From Cyanophora paradoxa CCMP329 (taxonomy: Eukaryota; Plantae; Glaucophyta), in NCBI GenBank assembly GCA_004431415.1, contig QPMI01000080.1, positions 1-64,000 of the forward strand: 64,000 nt of DNA, in the 5' to 3' direction. Positions 8,166-21,604 of this stretch are shown here, one piece after another (the stretch's first letter is position 1; every line of letters begins with the position of its first letter). The notes under the pieces are model-generated. The model saw nothing but the letters and a program-made list of their open reading frames with translations. It ran no database searches and had not been told where the DNA came from. The position numbers and the translations under genes were made by a program.

Positions 8166-10378
8166 ACAGCTGTTGCGGCGGTTATAAGAACCTCCGCAAT
8201 CCAAGCGTCACTTCCGAGTCTCGAGCTCTCGGAGTTGCCTTTTCGCGTTTGGCCCATTGATGGCCCTCCTATATAGGCCGCCTACTTAGTAGTACCGTAG
8301 TACGGCGCCTAGGCGCCGCGGCCGCGCCGCTATACTAGGAGCTAGCTACCGGTAGGCTAGCTAGCGGCGAGCCTAGCTAGCTATAGCGCTAGCGCGCGCC
8401 CGCCGCCGAGGCCGGCGCCCGGCGCCGCCGGCCCGCGCCGGGCCAGCGGGCCACGGCCGCGGGCCAGCGCCGGCGCGTGGCCCAGTGGCTGGCAGTGGCC
8501 ATGGGGGGCTTTGACGAGCAGGTCCGCCCCCGCCGGGCCGCGGGCCCGCCCCGGGCCCTCCCCAGAGCCCGTCGAAGCTTATATATAATTAAGCCTGAAC
8601 TTCGGAAGCGGACGCGGCTCCGGATCCCGTTCCTATATAGCTAGGCCTCGTCCTCGTCCTCCCGCCCCTCCTCCTCCCCCGCCTCCCCTAAACCCCCCCC
8701 CTTCCCCGGCCCCACCGGGTACCCCGGGCCCTCATGCCACCCCACCCCCTCTATGGGTGCCCCGGCCATGCCACCCCCCGCCCCCGGCCCCCGCGGGAGT
8801 TGGAGCGGCTCACCAGGCGGGGCCGCCGGGCGGAGGCGCGGCAGCTGCAGGCGCCGGCGCGGCTCGCCGGCGCCGGCGGGGCGCCAGAGGCCGGGCGCGG
8901 CGGGCGCGCGGCGTTTACACGGAGAAATTGGAAACTCAGAAGAGGAAGCAATATTAATCTCAATGTAGACTCTGAAATACTATTGAATAGGGCTCAAACT
9001 ATCGAAAAAATTGAAAAGCACTGCGGCACACGTGCACCATGGCCAGATGTAAATCTAGATATCCCCGATATAGCGCTATACAGTTAACACTCATCTATAT
9101 ATGGTCCCGCGCATGCGCAGTGGCGCCGGCTCGGCTGTTAATGTCGACGTCTTGGGGCGTGGCCATGGGTGAGATCGAGAGGGGGAAATTGAAGGGGCGG
9201 GGGGGTTACGGGGGGGCGGAGCGGGGGTACGATCATGGGGCGGGAATTCGAACCTTCGTTGTGTCGTCGATAGCCCCTCCTCTCTGGAATCATAATTTTT
9301 TTAATAAGCTGTGCATGTACCCCGGGCCGACGCCGGGCCAGGGGAGCCCGGGGTACCGGTCCCGGGGAGCCGGCGCGCGAGGGCGCTGCCATGGACGGCG
9401 GAGGAGAGGCTGGGGCAAGGAGGGGGGGGGGGGGGGGGGGGGGGAAACAACCCAGGGGGAGGCGCCGGCTTCTCGCTCAGCAGAACGTTCACGTGGCGCT
9501 GTTCGTGCAGAGCCTCGGAGCCCGGCCCCTAAGAGGCTGCAGCCGCGCGAGCGAGTCAGCCTGCGAGAACATCCGAGTCCGACTCGGCGAGGGGAGGAAG
9601 GGGCTTGCAATTGAAGGAGCAGCCTAAGAGCCCACTTGCTCATGCATATGGAGTGAAAATTGAAGCCGGGCCCGATCGCGATCGGGAATGCTTCCGCGCC
9701 AAGCAGGCGTTGTGCGCGGCGCCTGACCCAGTGACCTAGCCGGGGACGTCGACAAGGACCGGCGCCGCCGAGCGGCGCGGCCGCCAAACCGCAGGGCCGG
9801 ATCATATCACAGATCCTATGCGAGGCGCTTCTATAGCTGGGCTTGTGCACGCACTCCGAGGCTCTCCAAGCAGCGCGTTAACGTTGACCGGGCAGGCTGC
9901 AAGGTGGGAAGGCACGCAGTCATCGACCTGCCGTGGCCCGCCTGCTGAACGTTCGCCGCAGCTCGCTTGATTCTGTGCCTGCGCCGGCGGGCCGGCGTGC
10001 ACGTGCGTTTGCGGCTGAGCTCAATCTACTCAATCTGTGGCGGCCGAGCTCCGCCGAGCACTCCGGCAGTATATATATACGTAGCTCAATCTGCGCGTTG
10101 ACCGGGCTGGAGCTGAGGACTAGCTGTATGTTGAGCTGCCAGGATGAGCTATCTGTCCAGGCTTCGTTCAGCAGTTGCGAGTGTTGCGATTGTTGCGTTG
10201 CGGCGCCGGCGCAGTTGCGAGTCACTTGCGACGATTGCGGCGTCATGCGGCGACATGCGCGCCCGTCGGGGTACAGCCGACCCAGGCGGGGTATATTCAT
10301 AATCAACAGCCCGGCTTCTGCCGCGGTAAATAAACAGCAGCGAAACAGCCCGGGTCTTCCGGAAGACTAGAGAGAGAC

Positions 10379-13336
10379 ATGGCGCGCGTCGCGTGCCTCG
10401 CGGCCCTTGTGATGGCGCTTTGCGCCGTCGCCTCGGCCGCCACCTTCACCATGATCAGCAACACCACGGCGGCTTACTCGGCCAAGACCCTTACCATCTC
10501 CAGCGGCGGGCTCAAGGACGGCCGCTTCCGCGGCGCCTGCTCTGGCGCGGGTAAGTCATTCGCGAATCTGCGCCGTCCTGGCCTCCGCTGCTTGCGCCAT
10601 AGCGACTAAGATAGCGACAATGACACGGCCGAGTGACCTAGAGGCCCCAGCGCCGTCGACTAGCGCCTCGCGTGCATCGTGGCCGATTCGATAAGCTTGT
10701 CCCGACTGGCGATTCCCGAGCCCCGACCTCGTCATCGCGCCGCATCAGGAAGAGATTCCAGACAGACCCTTTAGATCTGTTTAGAGCGTTCCGCCGCTGT
10801 GCGGCAGGTGCCTCCAAACACCTTTCTTGGTACCTCCTGGATTCGCGCGGCCACGGCGATTGCCAGCTCAAGACGATCGCAATCATGCCGTGTGTTTAGA
10901 GCTTCTTGTCGGTCTAAACCTTTTTCCGGCGTGATTTCTCGGGCTAGACGATCGCCCCTTCATCGCGCGCGCACCCACTCCGGAGCGCTTCTCGCATTTC
11001 TGATTCTCTCTTCATTCAGATTCCAACGGCAACTTCTTCATTGCGGGCGGCCAGACTGGCCCGTCCGGCGCTCGTAACGGCTCGACCAGCATCTACGGTA
11101 AACCGCTGCAGGTCTCAGGTTCCTTCGAATCTCGAATGACCCGAATGCAGTGTTCAAGAGCGAGGAGGTCGCGGCCGACGGCACCATGGGCACCGTCGTT
11201 GACACCGGGGCCTCCCTCCCCGGCAGCATTACCTTCGCCGCCAGCGCCGTCGCCGGCAACAAGCTCTTCTGCCTCGGCGGTCTCAGCAACCGTGAGTGTT
11301 TGATAGCGAGGGTTGTCTTCTTTCTCCCCTTCGTGATCTTTTCTCTCGCAGCGAACGGCAACAGCAACGCCGACATGTCGACCAGCCTGCACGTCATTTC
11401 CTTCTCCGTTAACCCCGTGCGTCGCTTCCTCCTCTCGTCTTTGCGAGTCTGCTCCAGAACTTCCTCTCTTGTGCACTAAACCGTCGTCTCCGAATACCAG
11501 TTCAAGGGCAAGGGCGCCACCGCGACCGTCAAGAGCATCGCCCTCACGGAGGCCACCGGCCTGTCCGCCGCCAAGCGAAGCCAGGGCGTCATGACGGTGC
11601 GAATGCTTGGCGTCCTTCTTAATTCCTCGTGCGCGCCCCTTCTAACCCGCGCCGCCGCAGATCATCCCCCAGGCTCAGACCTCTGACTACCTCCTGGCCG
11701 ACCTGTACGTCATCGGCGGCTCGACCGACACTGGTTTCGGCAAGCCGAGCCCCCAGTTCGCCAAGTGGAGCGTGAAGGTTTTCGCCAACGACTCCAAGGA
11801 CGCGGAGGTCGTCTTCTCGTCGCCGGCGCAGCCCATGGGCAACGGCACCGCGGGCCTGTTCAACTCCAACAACACCATGTTCGGCCCCGCCTTCTGGTCC
11901 GTCAAGAGCACGGGCAAGGTCTACCTCTACTCTGGCTCCAACTCGATCCTCGCCAACGGCACCTTCGGCGTGTACGACGTTGCCACCAACTCGTGGAGCT
12001 ACAAGACGTCCACGGCGTCGTCGCCCATCTTCGGCAACGGCGCGACCGTCGTCGACCCCACCGGCACCAACGTCGTCTACGTCCCCGGCGTCGGCCCCGC
12101 CGCCGGCGCCTTCCCCTCGATCTACGCCCTCAAGTGGGGCGCTGACGGCTCCCTCGGCTGGACCGCCGTGACCACCACCGGCGAGACCCGCGCTGACACC
12201 GTCGACCGCCGCGTCTTCTTCGTCGCCGGCTGGACTTCGGCCATCGACGGCAACATCATCATCTTCGGGTACCTATCTCCTCTTCCCCTGCGGCCCGTCC
12301 TTTGCCTGCCATCTGACGCTTGCGCAGTGGCGAGCGCCGCACGGACACGCAGAACTACAGGACCATCGTCACGGACGGGAGCGCGTACGCCCCGGCCCTC
12401 AAGGAGATCTGGCAGGCGACTGCCTTCGTCGAGGCGACCGAGCTCCCCTCGACCGCCACCGGCGGCAAGTTCTCCCTGGATACCAACACCGAGTACCTGA
12501 TCACCATCAACGGCGTCCCCACCAAGGTCAAGAAGCTCTACAGTAAGCGAGATTCACGCGGGACGCTCGTTCGCGCTCGACATCGAAGCCTGACCGCACC
12601 GCACCGGATCGCAGACGGCGGCTTCGTCGTGACCGTCTTCAAGGCGTACTCGCTCTGGCTCGTGGAGGACTTCCCTAAGTTTAAGGAGGACTTCAAGAAC
12701 GCGCTCGCTTCCCTCGGCGTCCAGGATCTCAACCAGTTCAACTTCGAGACTTTCGACGCCGTGCGCCCTTCCCAGCGCCTCGCAGACTCGCTTGCCGCCG
12801 CCGCTAACCGACCGACCGCCAGACCGGCCTGAGCAACCCGTTCGCGCGCCGCCACCGCCGCCGTGCCCACCAGACCGCCACCCAGATCGGCATCATCGTT
12901 CAGGTGCCTTCCTTTTCTCGTCGCTGCCTTCTTCTCTGGCTGAGCTGTGAGCTTTCTTTCTTTCAGATCCTCGGCGACCCCGCCACGACCTCCTGCGGCA
13001 GCTTCTCGTCGGCCATCACCGCCGCCTCCAACCGCGGTCCGCCCCCTCCTTTCCGTGTTCTTTTTTCCCCTTTCTTTCTTTCTCACATGTGCCGCAGACA
13101 CCGCCGCCTGCTCCGGCAAGGCCGCCGGCACCGCGATCACCGGCGCTGCGTACACCTGCCCCGGCCTCTCGGGCGTTACCGTCCAGCAGGCGATCAACAC
13201 GGCCAACTCCGCCTGCAAGGTCTCCCCCGTCTCCGTCCCGATCCCGGTCCTCTCCGGCGCGGTCTCGCCGGCCTCGCCCCTGGCCCTGGTCGCCTCGGCG
13301 ATCCTCGCCCTGGCCGCCCTCTTCCTGGCCCTGTAA
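10379..13336 (+). CDS. Secreted/cell-surface protein with signal peptide, Kelch-like beta-propeller segments and GPI-type hydrophobic C-terminus (multi-exon)
   Basis: Signal MARVACLAALVMALCAVASA; Kelch-like KLFCLGG, LYVIGGS and GVYDVATNSWS; ends SGAVSPASPLALVASAILALAALFLAL*; GT-AG introns. Confidence 0.75.
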
Positions 13337-13545
13337 AACTTTACAAAGGGACCCGTCTCCCGTTCTCCCTTTCGGTTCGTTTCGCTTTCGCTTGCTTTCG
13401 ATCTAGTACGTGCACATTCAAGGGCGTGCGCCCGATGTAAAGCATCAGTACAGCCACAGTACATTGTCTGTATTGTTAGTTTGAATGGTAAATAAATAAC
13501 AGTCCACGCCCTCGAGGCCTCTTTCTTTAATTTGCGTCAGAGCCT

Positions 13546-16498
13546 CTAGGTAGGGGGTGGGGAGCCCGAGCCGCCGGGGGTAGAGCCCTCGTCGAGGGAA
13601 GTCCGAGAGGACGAGTACCCCCCAGCGCTGCCGCGGGGGGAGCCCGGGGCCGGCGCCGAGTCAGCGTAACCCGGCCCTCCCGCGGCCCCAGCCTCTCCCA
13701 GATGCTCCCAAAGCGGAAGGCGGCTTCCAGCAGCTGAGCCGAGGAGCTTCAGATTCGATCGCGGCCGAAAAAAGGGGAACGGCGTACCCGGGACACCTGC
13801 GCCTGGAGGGCACCCATCGTGCCCTGGAACACCTCGTCGGGGAGGGGTACAGGGATCGAGGAGCGGCGGCGGCGGCCGGTCTCCGACGAGGCGGAGGCGG
13901 CGGCGGCGGCCGAGGCGGCCGGCGGGCCGAGAAACGCCTCCGCCGCGACCCGAACCGCGGCCCCCGGCTCGGCCTCGGGGGGTACAGTCACTGGAGAGGG
14001 CGCGCTGCGCGCCGAGTCTTCGTCGGCGGCAGTGCACGCGGCCATCTTTGAATGAATCGCGTATCCCGCACCCGTGGGCGTGGGAGGAGGATGAAGAGGG
14101 GGAGGAGGAGGAGGGGTACGGGTCGAGGAGGGCGCCGGGTACGGCATCGCGGCGCCATCGGCCGAGGCGGCCCTCGAAGGCGTCCAGGGCCGCTTCCATC
14201 TGCCCGGGGCGGCTCAGCGGCTCTCGGGGGAGAAGAGGAGGGAGGGAGGGGGATCTAGAGGGGGGTAGCAGAACGTCAGGCGGAGCCTCGGCCGTAATCG
14301 GTCGTAAGCTTAGTTCTTATACGGAGCAGAGTTCGTACTACGGTATGCTAAGTCTTATAGATGAGGCGTTAGCTCGGCCGTAAGATTAGCGGCTCGGGGG
14401 TTAGAGCGAGGAGAAGGCCTCTGGGAGGAAGAGCTCATTGGGTCCGGCAGAGTTCTAAGTTCTTAGTTCTGGGGAAGAAGCAGAAGAAGAAGAAGATGGG
14501 AGCAGGGAGGCAGAGCGCACGGCCGCCCGGGCCGCCTCGCCGGCCCCCGCGCCCTCCCCCGCGAGAAGGGCCCCCAAGGACCCCTCCAGCTGCGCCGCGG
14601 GCTAAGAGAGAAAAAGGGGGGGGAGGGCGAGGGGGGGGGGTACGTGGGAGGAGAGGGCCGCCAGCTCGCCCACGAAGTGGCCGACGTCGATCGAGAGGCG
14701 GCGGGACTGTGCGGGGGAGGGGTACGATGCGAATCGAAAGGGCGTCGGGGGGCGGGCGGGCGGGCGGGCGGGCGGCGCGGGCGGGCGGCGCGAGCTTGGC
14801 GAACTAGCTCGAGCTCGAGATAAAGTCGCTGAACAAGCCTTGGCCTGAGCTTTTTCAGCTCGTCTCTTACCTCCATGCGGGAGACGATGGACTCCATCAG
14901 ATAGTGTAGGATGGCGTCCTGAAGGAGAAAGGAGGGGGGCGGTAAGGGGGGAAGGGCGCGGGGCGGCCGCGGGCCCGGGGGCGGGGCGGGGCGGAGGGCG
15001 CGGACCCGCTCGCAGAGGCGGCGGAAGGCGTTTGTGTGCGGGTCCGCGAAGCGACGGCGGCGCATGCGGGGCGGCGAGATCTGTGCCCCGGGCCGGGCTT
15101 GGGATGCCGAATTCGATCGAATTCGAGTTCGAATTCGATGCCGGCACCTGGCAGATCTCCTCGGGCCCGTTCGACTCCATTCCCCTTCAGAATCGAAAAG
15201 CGCGTAAGGCGGGCCGGCAGGCGCGCGGAGCCGCTGCGCTGCACCGCACCGCACCGGAGCGTGAAGGTGCCGACCGGGGTGAGGATGGGGGGCGCGCGCC
15301 GGCCCAGCGTCCCGCCCTCCTCCGCGATGCAGGCCCGGGGGGCGAGGATCTGTCCGCCCTGCGCGAGCGCCGCAATGCGGGCCACTCGGTTGACGGCCTG
15401 CCGGCGCTTAGCTTAGCTGGGCGCGGGCGCGGAGGCCTCGGGGAGGAGCGCGCGGGCCCGAGGCGGCGCACCGGGCCGACGTAGTCCATTCGCTTCGTCG
15501 TGGGGTCCCGCTGGGCGCGGGCGGGGCCCGTGTGAAGACCCATGCGCACCTGCAGAAGAGTCAGGCTTGCGAACGTGGCACGGATCCCGGAATCGAATTC
15601 CACGGCGCACGCGGAGACCGCGGAAGACGACGCCAGACTCCAGGATCGTCTCGCACTCCATTCCCACGAAGCGGGCGGCCTCCAGCTCGTCGGCCAAGCC
15701 GCCTTCCGTCGACGTCGCGGGCACGACGGCCGAGTCAGGAAGCTTCAGGATGTCCTCGGGCCAGTCGGCGCAAAGAAGGTCGGTCTGCACGCGCGCCCGG
15801 CCCCAAGAAGTCGAACCAGCCGCGATCGAAGCTTAAGCGCGGAGGAAACACAAACACAAGGACCCGCGCCTGAACGTCGCAGCAGAAGAGCGCGGCATCG
15901 ACGACGTCGTTGAACGCGAAAAGGAAAGAATCTCCCTCTGTCTTCACTGCGTAGCCCCGATGGCGATGGCTCTGCGGTGCTCCGCTCAAACGCGAAGAGG
16001 GTGGCCATGGCACGCATGCGATGAGGGGCACGCGCTCGCCTGCAGCCGCATGATCTTGTTGTGTATGCAAAGAGCATGTGCGAAGGCGTCGGGACACGCC
16101 TCCCACTGCTTGCTGCTGCCCTGAGTACGCGCGAAGTCCGTACGCGTCAGCTTGAGCGCTAGCTGGCGCTTGCGCGCGACCGAGGAGCAACGCGGCGCAC
16201 CTGGATGTCGGTGAGCACCAGCGAAACATCGCCTGGGGACGTGAATGACAGCGACAAGAATGAGAGCGTGAACAAGAGCGCGAGCGCGGAGACGGATCGT
16301 GCGACTGTGCGAGCATACGCGGCCCAAAGAGCTCCTGCTGGCTGCACCTGTCGGCGGATCGGCCTCGAGCTCGCACGACGTGGAGGCCTCCGCAAGCGAG
16401 AGGCTGAGCGCTGAGACCCGCTTGCGCAGCGCAGCCTCGCTAGCGTCGGGTGGTAGCGGGCACGATGTGCACCCGCGTGCATCGTCAAACATGCGCAT
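13546..16498 (-). CDS. Class III adenylyl cyclase (fungal/trypanosome-like catalytic domain), multi-exon
   Basis: VSLVLTDIQ, GYAVKTEGDSFLFAF, FRGLRVRMGLHTG, MDYVGP..NRVARIAALAQGGQIL. The Lys and Asp specificity residues indicate ATP. Confidence 0.9.
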
Positions 16499-16816
16499 TC
16501 GTGCCGTAAGCGTGCTCGAGCGAGCGAGGGGATAAAGAATTCGCGTACCCAAAATCGGTCAGGTACTGACAGGTAGCCGGAGGTCGCTGAGGTCGCCTGA
16601 AGTCGGCGATGGCCGCCGCTGGTGCAGGGCGCCTTATTGTTGAGGACGATCCACGGCCTCCGCGCGGTCCGTCTGCCAACTCAAACGCGCCTGCTTTTGA
16701 ACGCAGTCCGCGCCGCTCCAGTGTCGTCCACGATACAGTTTTACATCTCTATTAGCTTGTAGTGCTGCCTCTGACATAGCCGCGCTCGCCGCTGATCTGC
16801 GACCGCAGCTCCGGCT

Positions 16817-19800
16817 ATGCAGCCCCGAGCGAACGCGCACCCCAGCTTGCCAGCGGAGGTGATCGATCTGGTTGACGACGATGAGGACTTCTTGGAGCCA
16901 GTTGCCGACAAGCCACTCGCTGCGCCGGGCGGCGTGCTTGAGCGCCGAGCGGGCGACTTCGGCCAACCTCTCCCTTCAATCGCCGATCCACTGCAATTGA
17001 TAGACCTCGAGGACGACGATGAGGACTTCCAGCGCGCCGTTGCCAACTCATTGCGTGCGCCGCCCCATCTGAACGCTGCCGTACAAGATCTGACAATTCG
17101 GTGCCTGCACGTTCGCCTCGCAAACCTGAACGCGCCATTCTCCTGCGCAGAAGATCAGCCGCAGCAAGCGCATCGTTCTGAAGGAAAACGAGCCATCCGG
17201 GAGTCGCAGCTGATCGACCTTGACAGCATGAACCCGCTGCCCTCGTCGTCCAGCCGCCCCGCGCCCGCCGCCGCATCAGGGCGAAGGAGAGGTGTTCGCG
17301 CAGCGGTCTGCCCTATTCGCGGTCGTACCTCTGACGCGGCGTCAGTGTACGGAAACATCCTCGACCTGGAGGACGACGACGAGGAGAAGTCGCCGTCTCC
17401 GCCCGCGAGCGCCCTCTACGTTTCGCTAGACTCGTCCTCGACCTCGGCATCCAGCTCGTCTTCGACGTCTTCGTTCTCGTCCGTCTCTTCGCTCGTCGAT
17501 TTGGTGCGGCTTTTCACTCGGCCGCGTTGCCTTGGCCCGCCCGCATCGCGCGTAACACGCTCGAAGATCGTATCTAAACACGGGCACGGGCGCGTGCAAG
17601 TCGAGGCAGCCATAACGGTGCGCGATATCGACTTCGCCACTCGCGCGCGCGGCGCGGGAGAGCGCGCCGCGGCCGCAGCTGAGGCGGCCTCAGACGCTGC
17701 GGGAGGCGGGGATGGGCCTGGAGCAGCTGCAGGACGCGAACGGGATCGACACCGTTCTCGACGTCCTCGCCAACGAAGGCGAGTAGGATCACGCGCTCGC
17801 CTTCTTTCGAGAAGAGGCCCCGTCGAGACCCGCCCGCCCGTCCGCAGGGGCCGACGCCGAGGTGGAGTGCTCGCTGTGCGCGGACTCGGGCCCGGCGCGC
17901 AAGACGGTCGTCTGCACGGGCAGCGAAGCGCACCGGATCTGCGCCGACGTGAGCGCACGCGCGCGCGCCAAACCGCCTGCTCCGACCTCCGCTCACTCTG
18001 CCGCGCCGCTCCCTATCCGCCCGCGTCCGCAGTGCGCCAGTCACTACATTTCGGACTGCAAGAAGTTCGCGACGGGGGGGCCCGCCTGCCCCTCGCACGT
18101 CGCGGGATGCGACGGGTTCTACCCCGAAGGGGCCCTGAGGCTCGCACGCGGCCCCGCCCGCCGGCTCCGCCTCGCCCTCTTCTCCGCTGACGGCCTCTCT
18201 CTTTCTCTCTCAGGCGCCTGGCGACCCCGGAGGCCTTCGAGAAGATGCAGGAAACGATGCTCCAGCGGACCATCGTCGGCGAGGCGAGCACGCGCGCGCG
18301 CGCATCCGAACCGCTCCAGAGGGGCTGGCCGGCTTACCTGGAGTGCGCAGAACTACCTGGAGTGCCCCCGCTGCCACAACCCCTCGTTCCGCGACGAGGG
18401 CGCCGGGGCGCACTGGGCCCACCAGTGCCCCTACGACGTCAGCTTGCTTGCTGCCTGAAGGAACACGACGCGCCCGTGCCTAACTTGGGCGCCCGCCGCG
18501 CGCAGGGCTGCCGCACGACCTTCTGCGCGACCTGCCGCGAGCCGGTCGCCGGCGGGCAGCAGGCCCACGTCTGCCGCGCCGTGCGCCCCGCCCCCGCCTA
18601 CTTTTCTGAGGCCCCGCCTTCACGTTCTTTCTTTCTGTTCTGAGGCGCCCGCCCGCAGAACGTGCACCAGGTCCTCGTGGACGAGACGATGCCGGGCAAG
18701 TCGGACGAGGAAAAGGCGAGTCGGCCGTGCCGTGCCGTGCCGCCCTTCGGCTGATCGGAGTCCCCGTCCCGTCGGGCCCGCCCGCAGATCGTGGCGTTCA
18801 ACAAAGAGGTCATCGCGCTCGTGAAGGTGCTGTCCCCTCCTCCGCCCCCTCATCTTCTCCTCCTCACGGGCCTCCCTCCCTCCCTCCCTTCATTCAGGGG
18901 GCGGACGCGCTGGAGTGCCCGCGCTGCCGGAAGCTCGTCCTCAAGGACGAGGGCTGCAACGCCATCACCTGCGGTCCGCCCTCTCTCTCCCTCTCTCTCT
19001 CTTTCTCTCTCACACACCTGTCTGCAGCGTGCGGGTGCCACATCTGCTGGTACTGCGGCAAGGACACGGGCATCTCCCACGGCGCCCACGTGCGTGAGAG
19101 CGCGCGAGCGAGCGCGCGACGCGGCCCCCTCCAAACAGAACCGACCCGCCCGCGGCCCTCTCGCCCCCCCCCCCCCCCCCTCCCACGGCGCCCACGTGCG
19201 TGAGAGCGCGCGAGCGAGCGCGCGACGCGGCCCCCTCCAAACAGAACCGACCCGCCCGCGGCCCTCTCGCCCCCCCCCCCCCCCCCCCTCCCACGGCGCC
19301 CACGTGCGTGAGAGCGCGCGAGCGAGCGCGCGACGCGGCCCCCTCCAAACAGAACCGACCCGCCCGCGGCCCTCTCGCCCCCCCCCCCCCCCCCCCCCCC
19401 CGAGCTGAGCCCAACTGCCCGCGGCCCGCTGACCTCCCCCTCCGATTCCGGGCCCCCGCCCTGCCCGGCGCCCTCCCTAGACCTTCCTACTGCCTGCGGC
19501 ATTCTTTTCTGACCTCCTCCTCCTCCTCCCCCTCCTCCTCCTCCGCAGGAGTGCACCATGAAGCTGCCGCCGCAGTACGCCTCGGCGGCGAACGCCCGCC
19601 CCGGCACCGTCAACAACGCCCAGGTGCGGCTCTGAAGGCTCGAAGGGTTCTAGGTTCGAGGCTCGAGGGGTGAAAGGGCGGCCGGCGTGGACGCTGGCTG
19701 CGGCCGGCGCTCTCCACCGCCCTTCTCGTCTTCATAGACCTCCCTGCCGGCGGTGCCGGTGCCGCGCCGTGCCACACGGTCGCTCGCTCGGGGCCGGGGC

Positions 19801-21573
19801 CGGGGCCGGGCCCGGATCCTTCGGATGCATGTGCGAAGTCGACCGAGCTTCCCTCTATCCCTCTATTGGGAGGCTGTGGATGCGTAGGCTGCTGAGACGC
19901 AGCCGCGTTGAGGCTCTCTCTCGTCTGGCTCGGGGCCGAAGCCGAAACCGGGACGAGACGGCTTCCCTCCTCCTTCTTTCCCTCTTAGATACTGCTCTCC
20001 GTGCCTTCCGCCCCCCCTCCTACCCGGCGACTTCCCTTTCCTCTTCTTCTCCCGACACCCGTCCCCCCGCCCCTTCACCCCCCTCCTTCCCCCCCCCTCA
20101 CCCGCCCCGCGCGCAGTTCTTCTCGGCGATCGACCCGGCGGTCCTGCGCCGGCAGAAGCGCCTCGACGAGATCGTCTCGACGGTCAAGGGCCGCCGCGAG
20201 GAGGCGTGGCTCAAGAAGCTCCTCGCGCTGCCCACCTGGAAGGCCGACAAGGACCTGAAGCAGCTCATCTACGACCCGGAGGGCGCCGGGCACGACAAGC
20301 TCAACGAGAAGGCGTCGCGCCCGCGCGCGCCGGCGCCCGGCGTGATCGGCAACGCGGACGCTGCGCGACTGCCCCCGGGGGCCTTCCTCCCGCTCGCCGT
20401 GGACCTGCAGCGCCTGGACGAGCGGGTCCAGGCGGCCGCCGCGCAGGTGACCGGCCCACCGGGGGGGGGCCTCGATTGACTGTCCGAAGCCAATTTGATC
20501 CGCTCGCTCGCTCGCAGGTCGCCGCGCAGCTCGCGGAGCTGGACAGGCGGCTGCAGGAGATCGGGGAGGGGCAGGGGCAGGCCGCCGCGCGGCAGCGGGC
20601 GAAGCTCCAGCGGCAGCGGGAGCGGATCGCGCAGGTGCAGGCGATGCAGGCGGCCCACCGGCAGGCGCATCAGGCGGCGGCGGCGGGGCGACAGGCCGCC
20701 GTCGCCGCCGCCCTCGCCGGCGGGCAGGCCGCCGCCGCCGCGGCGATGGTGCGGCCCGGGCTGAGCTCGTGCCCCCCATTCTTCCCCTCACGCGCTCCTG
20801 CAGGCCGGCCTTATGGGCCGAAGGGCCGCCGCCGCCGCCGCCGCGGTCGCGGCGGCCGCCCCCGCTGCTCCGGCGAACCCCGAGGAGCAAGCGCGGGTCA
20901 GTCCGCCCTCCTGCCGCCCGCCCGCGCGGCGCTCGCCTGAATCCTACTCACGGCCCCGGCCCCGGCCCCTGCCCCCGCAGAGAATGGACGAGGCGCGGCG
21001 ACACGTGCGGGGCGCCTGGCGCAACGCGATGGAGGAGCAGCTTGCCGATCTGGTGCGTACTCTCTCTCTCTCTCTCTGGTGGCTGCCCGGCCGCTTGTTT
21101 GGGTTCGGACTTAGGCGGGCGGGCGATACAGGTCCGGGACGTGGAGCGGCAGCGCGCGGAGGAGGCGGCGCTGCGGGCGCAGGACGGGCGCGGGGCGGCC
21201 CGCCGCGCCAAGGAGCTCGCCCAGCAGCGGCAGGCCTCCGAGCGCCGCGTCGAGCAGCTCAGAGCACAGATCCGGCAGCTCTCCGCCCGCTTCGCCGCCG
21301 CCCCCGCCGGCGGAGCGGGCGGAGCGGGCGGGGGAGCAGCCGGCGCCGCGGCCGGCGGGGCGTTCCCCCTCCCTTCGGTCCCCCTTCCCGGGGGGCGTGC
21401 CTGGCGGCTTCGGCTTGCCCCCCCGGGGCCCCGCCCCGCTACGTCTTCGCCGCCGCCCCGCCGGCCCCGCCCGCCCCGGCTCCCGCTGCGGCCGCCGCCC
21501 CGCGGTCGTCCGGAGGCCAGCGCGGGCCCGGGCGCGGGAGGCGAGCCCTGCGGCGGCCCCTGCGGCCCCTGCC

Positions 21574-21604
<31 letters not shown>

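Larger units (their letters stand above)
1..8200. mobile_element. Right part of an endogenous DNA virus (Polinton-like virus/virophage-type); extends beyond the left edge, right boundary about 8165-8290
   Basis: Compact, nearly intron-less ORFs on both strands with virion-fibre domains (S74, FN3, Gly-rich) and HNH. Shared AAATG start context. Visibly lower GC than the intron-rich DNA after 8.3 kb. No MCP, pPolB, ATPase or integrase in the window, so the class is inferred. Confidence 0.75.

Noticed and set aside
8281-8292. Polinton-type ...CTACT terminus plus 6 bp TSD
   Set aside because: Cannot be tested without the other end; the match is too short.
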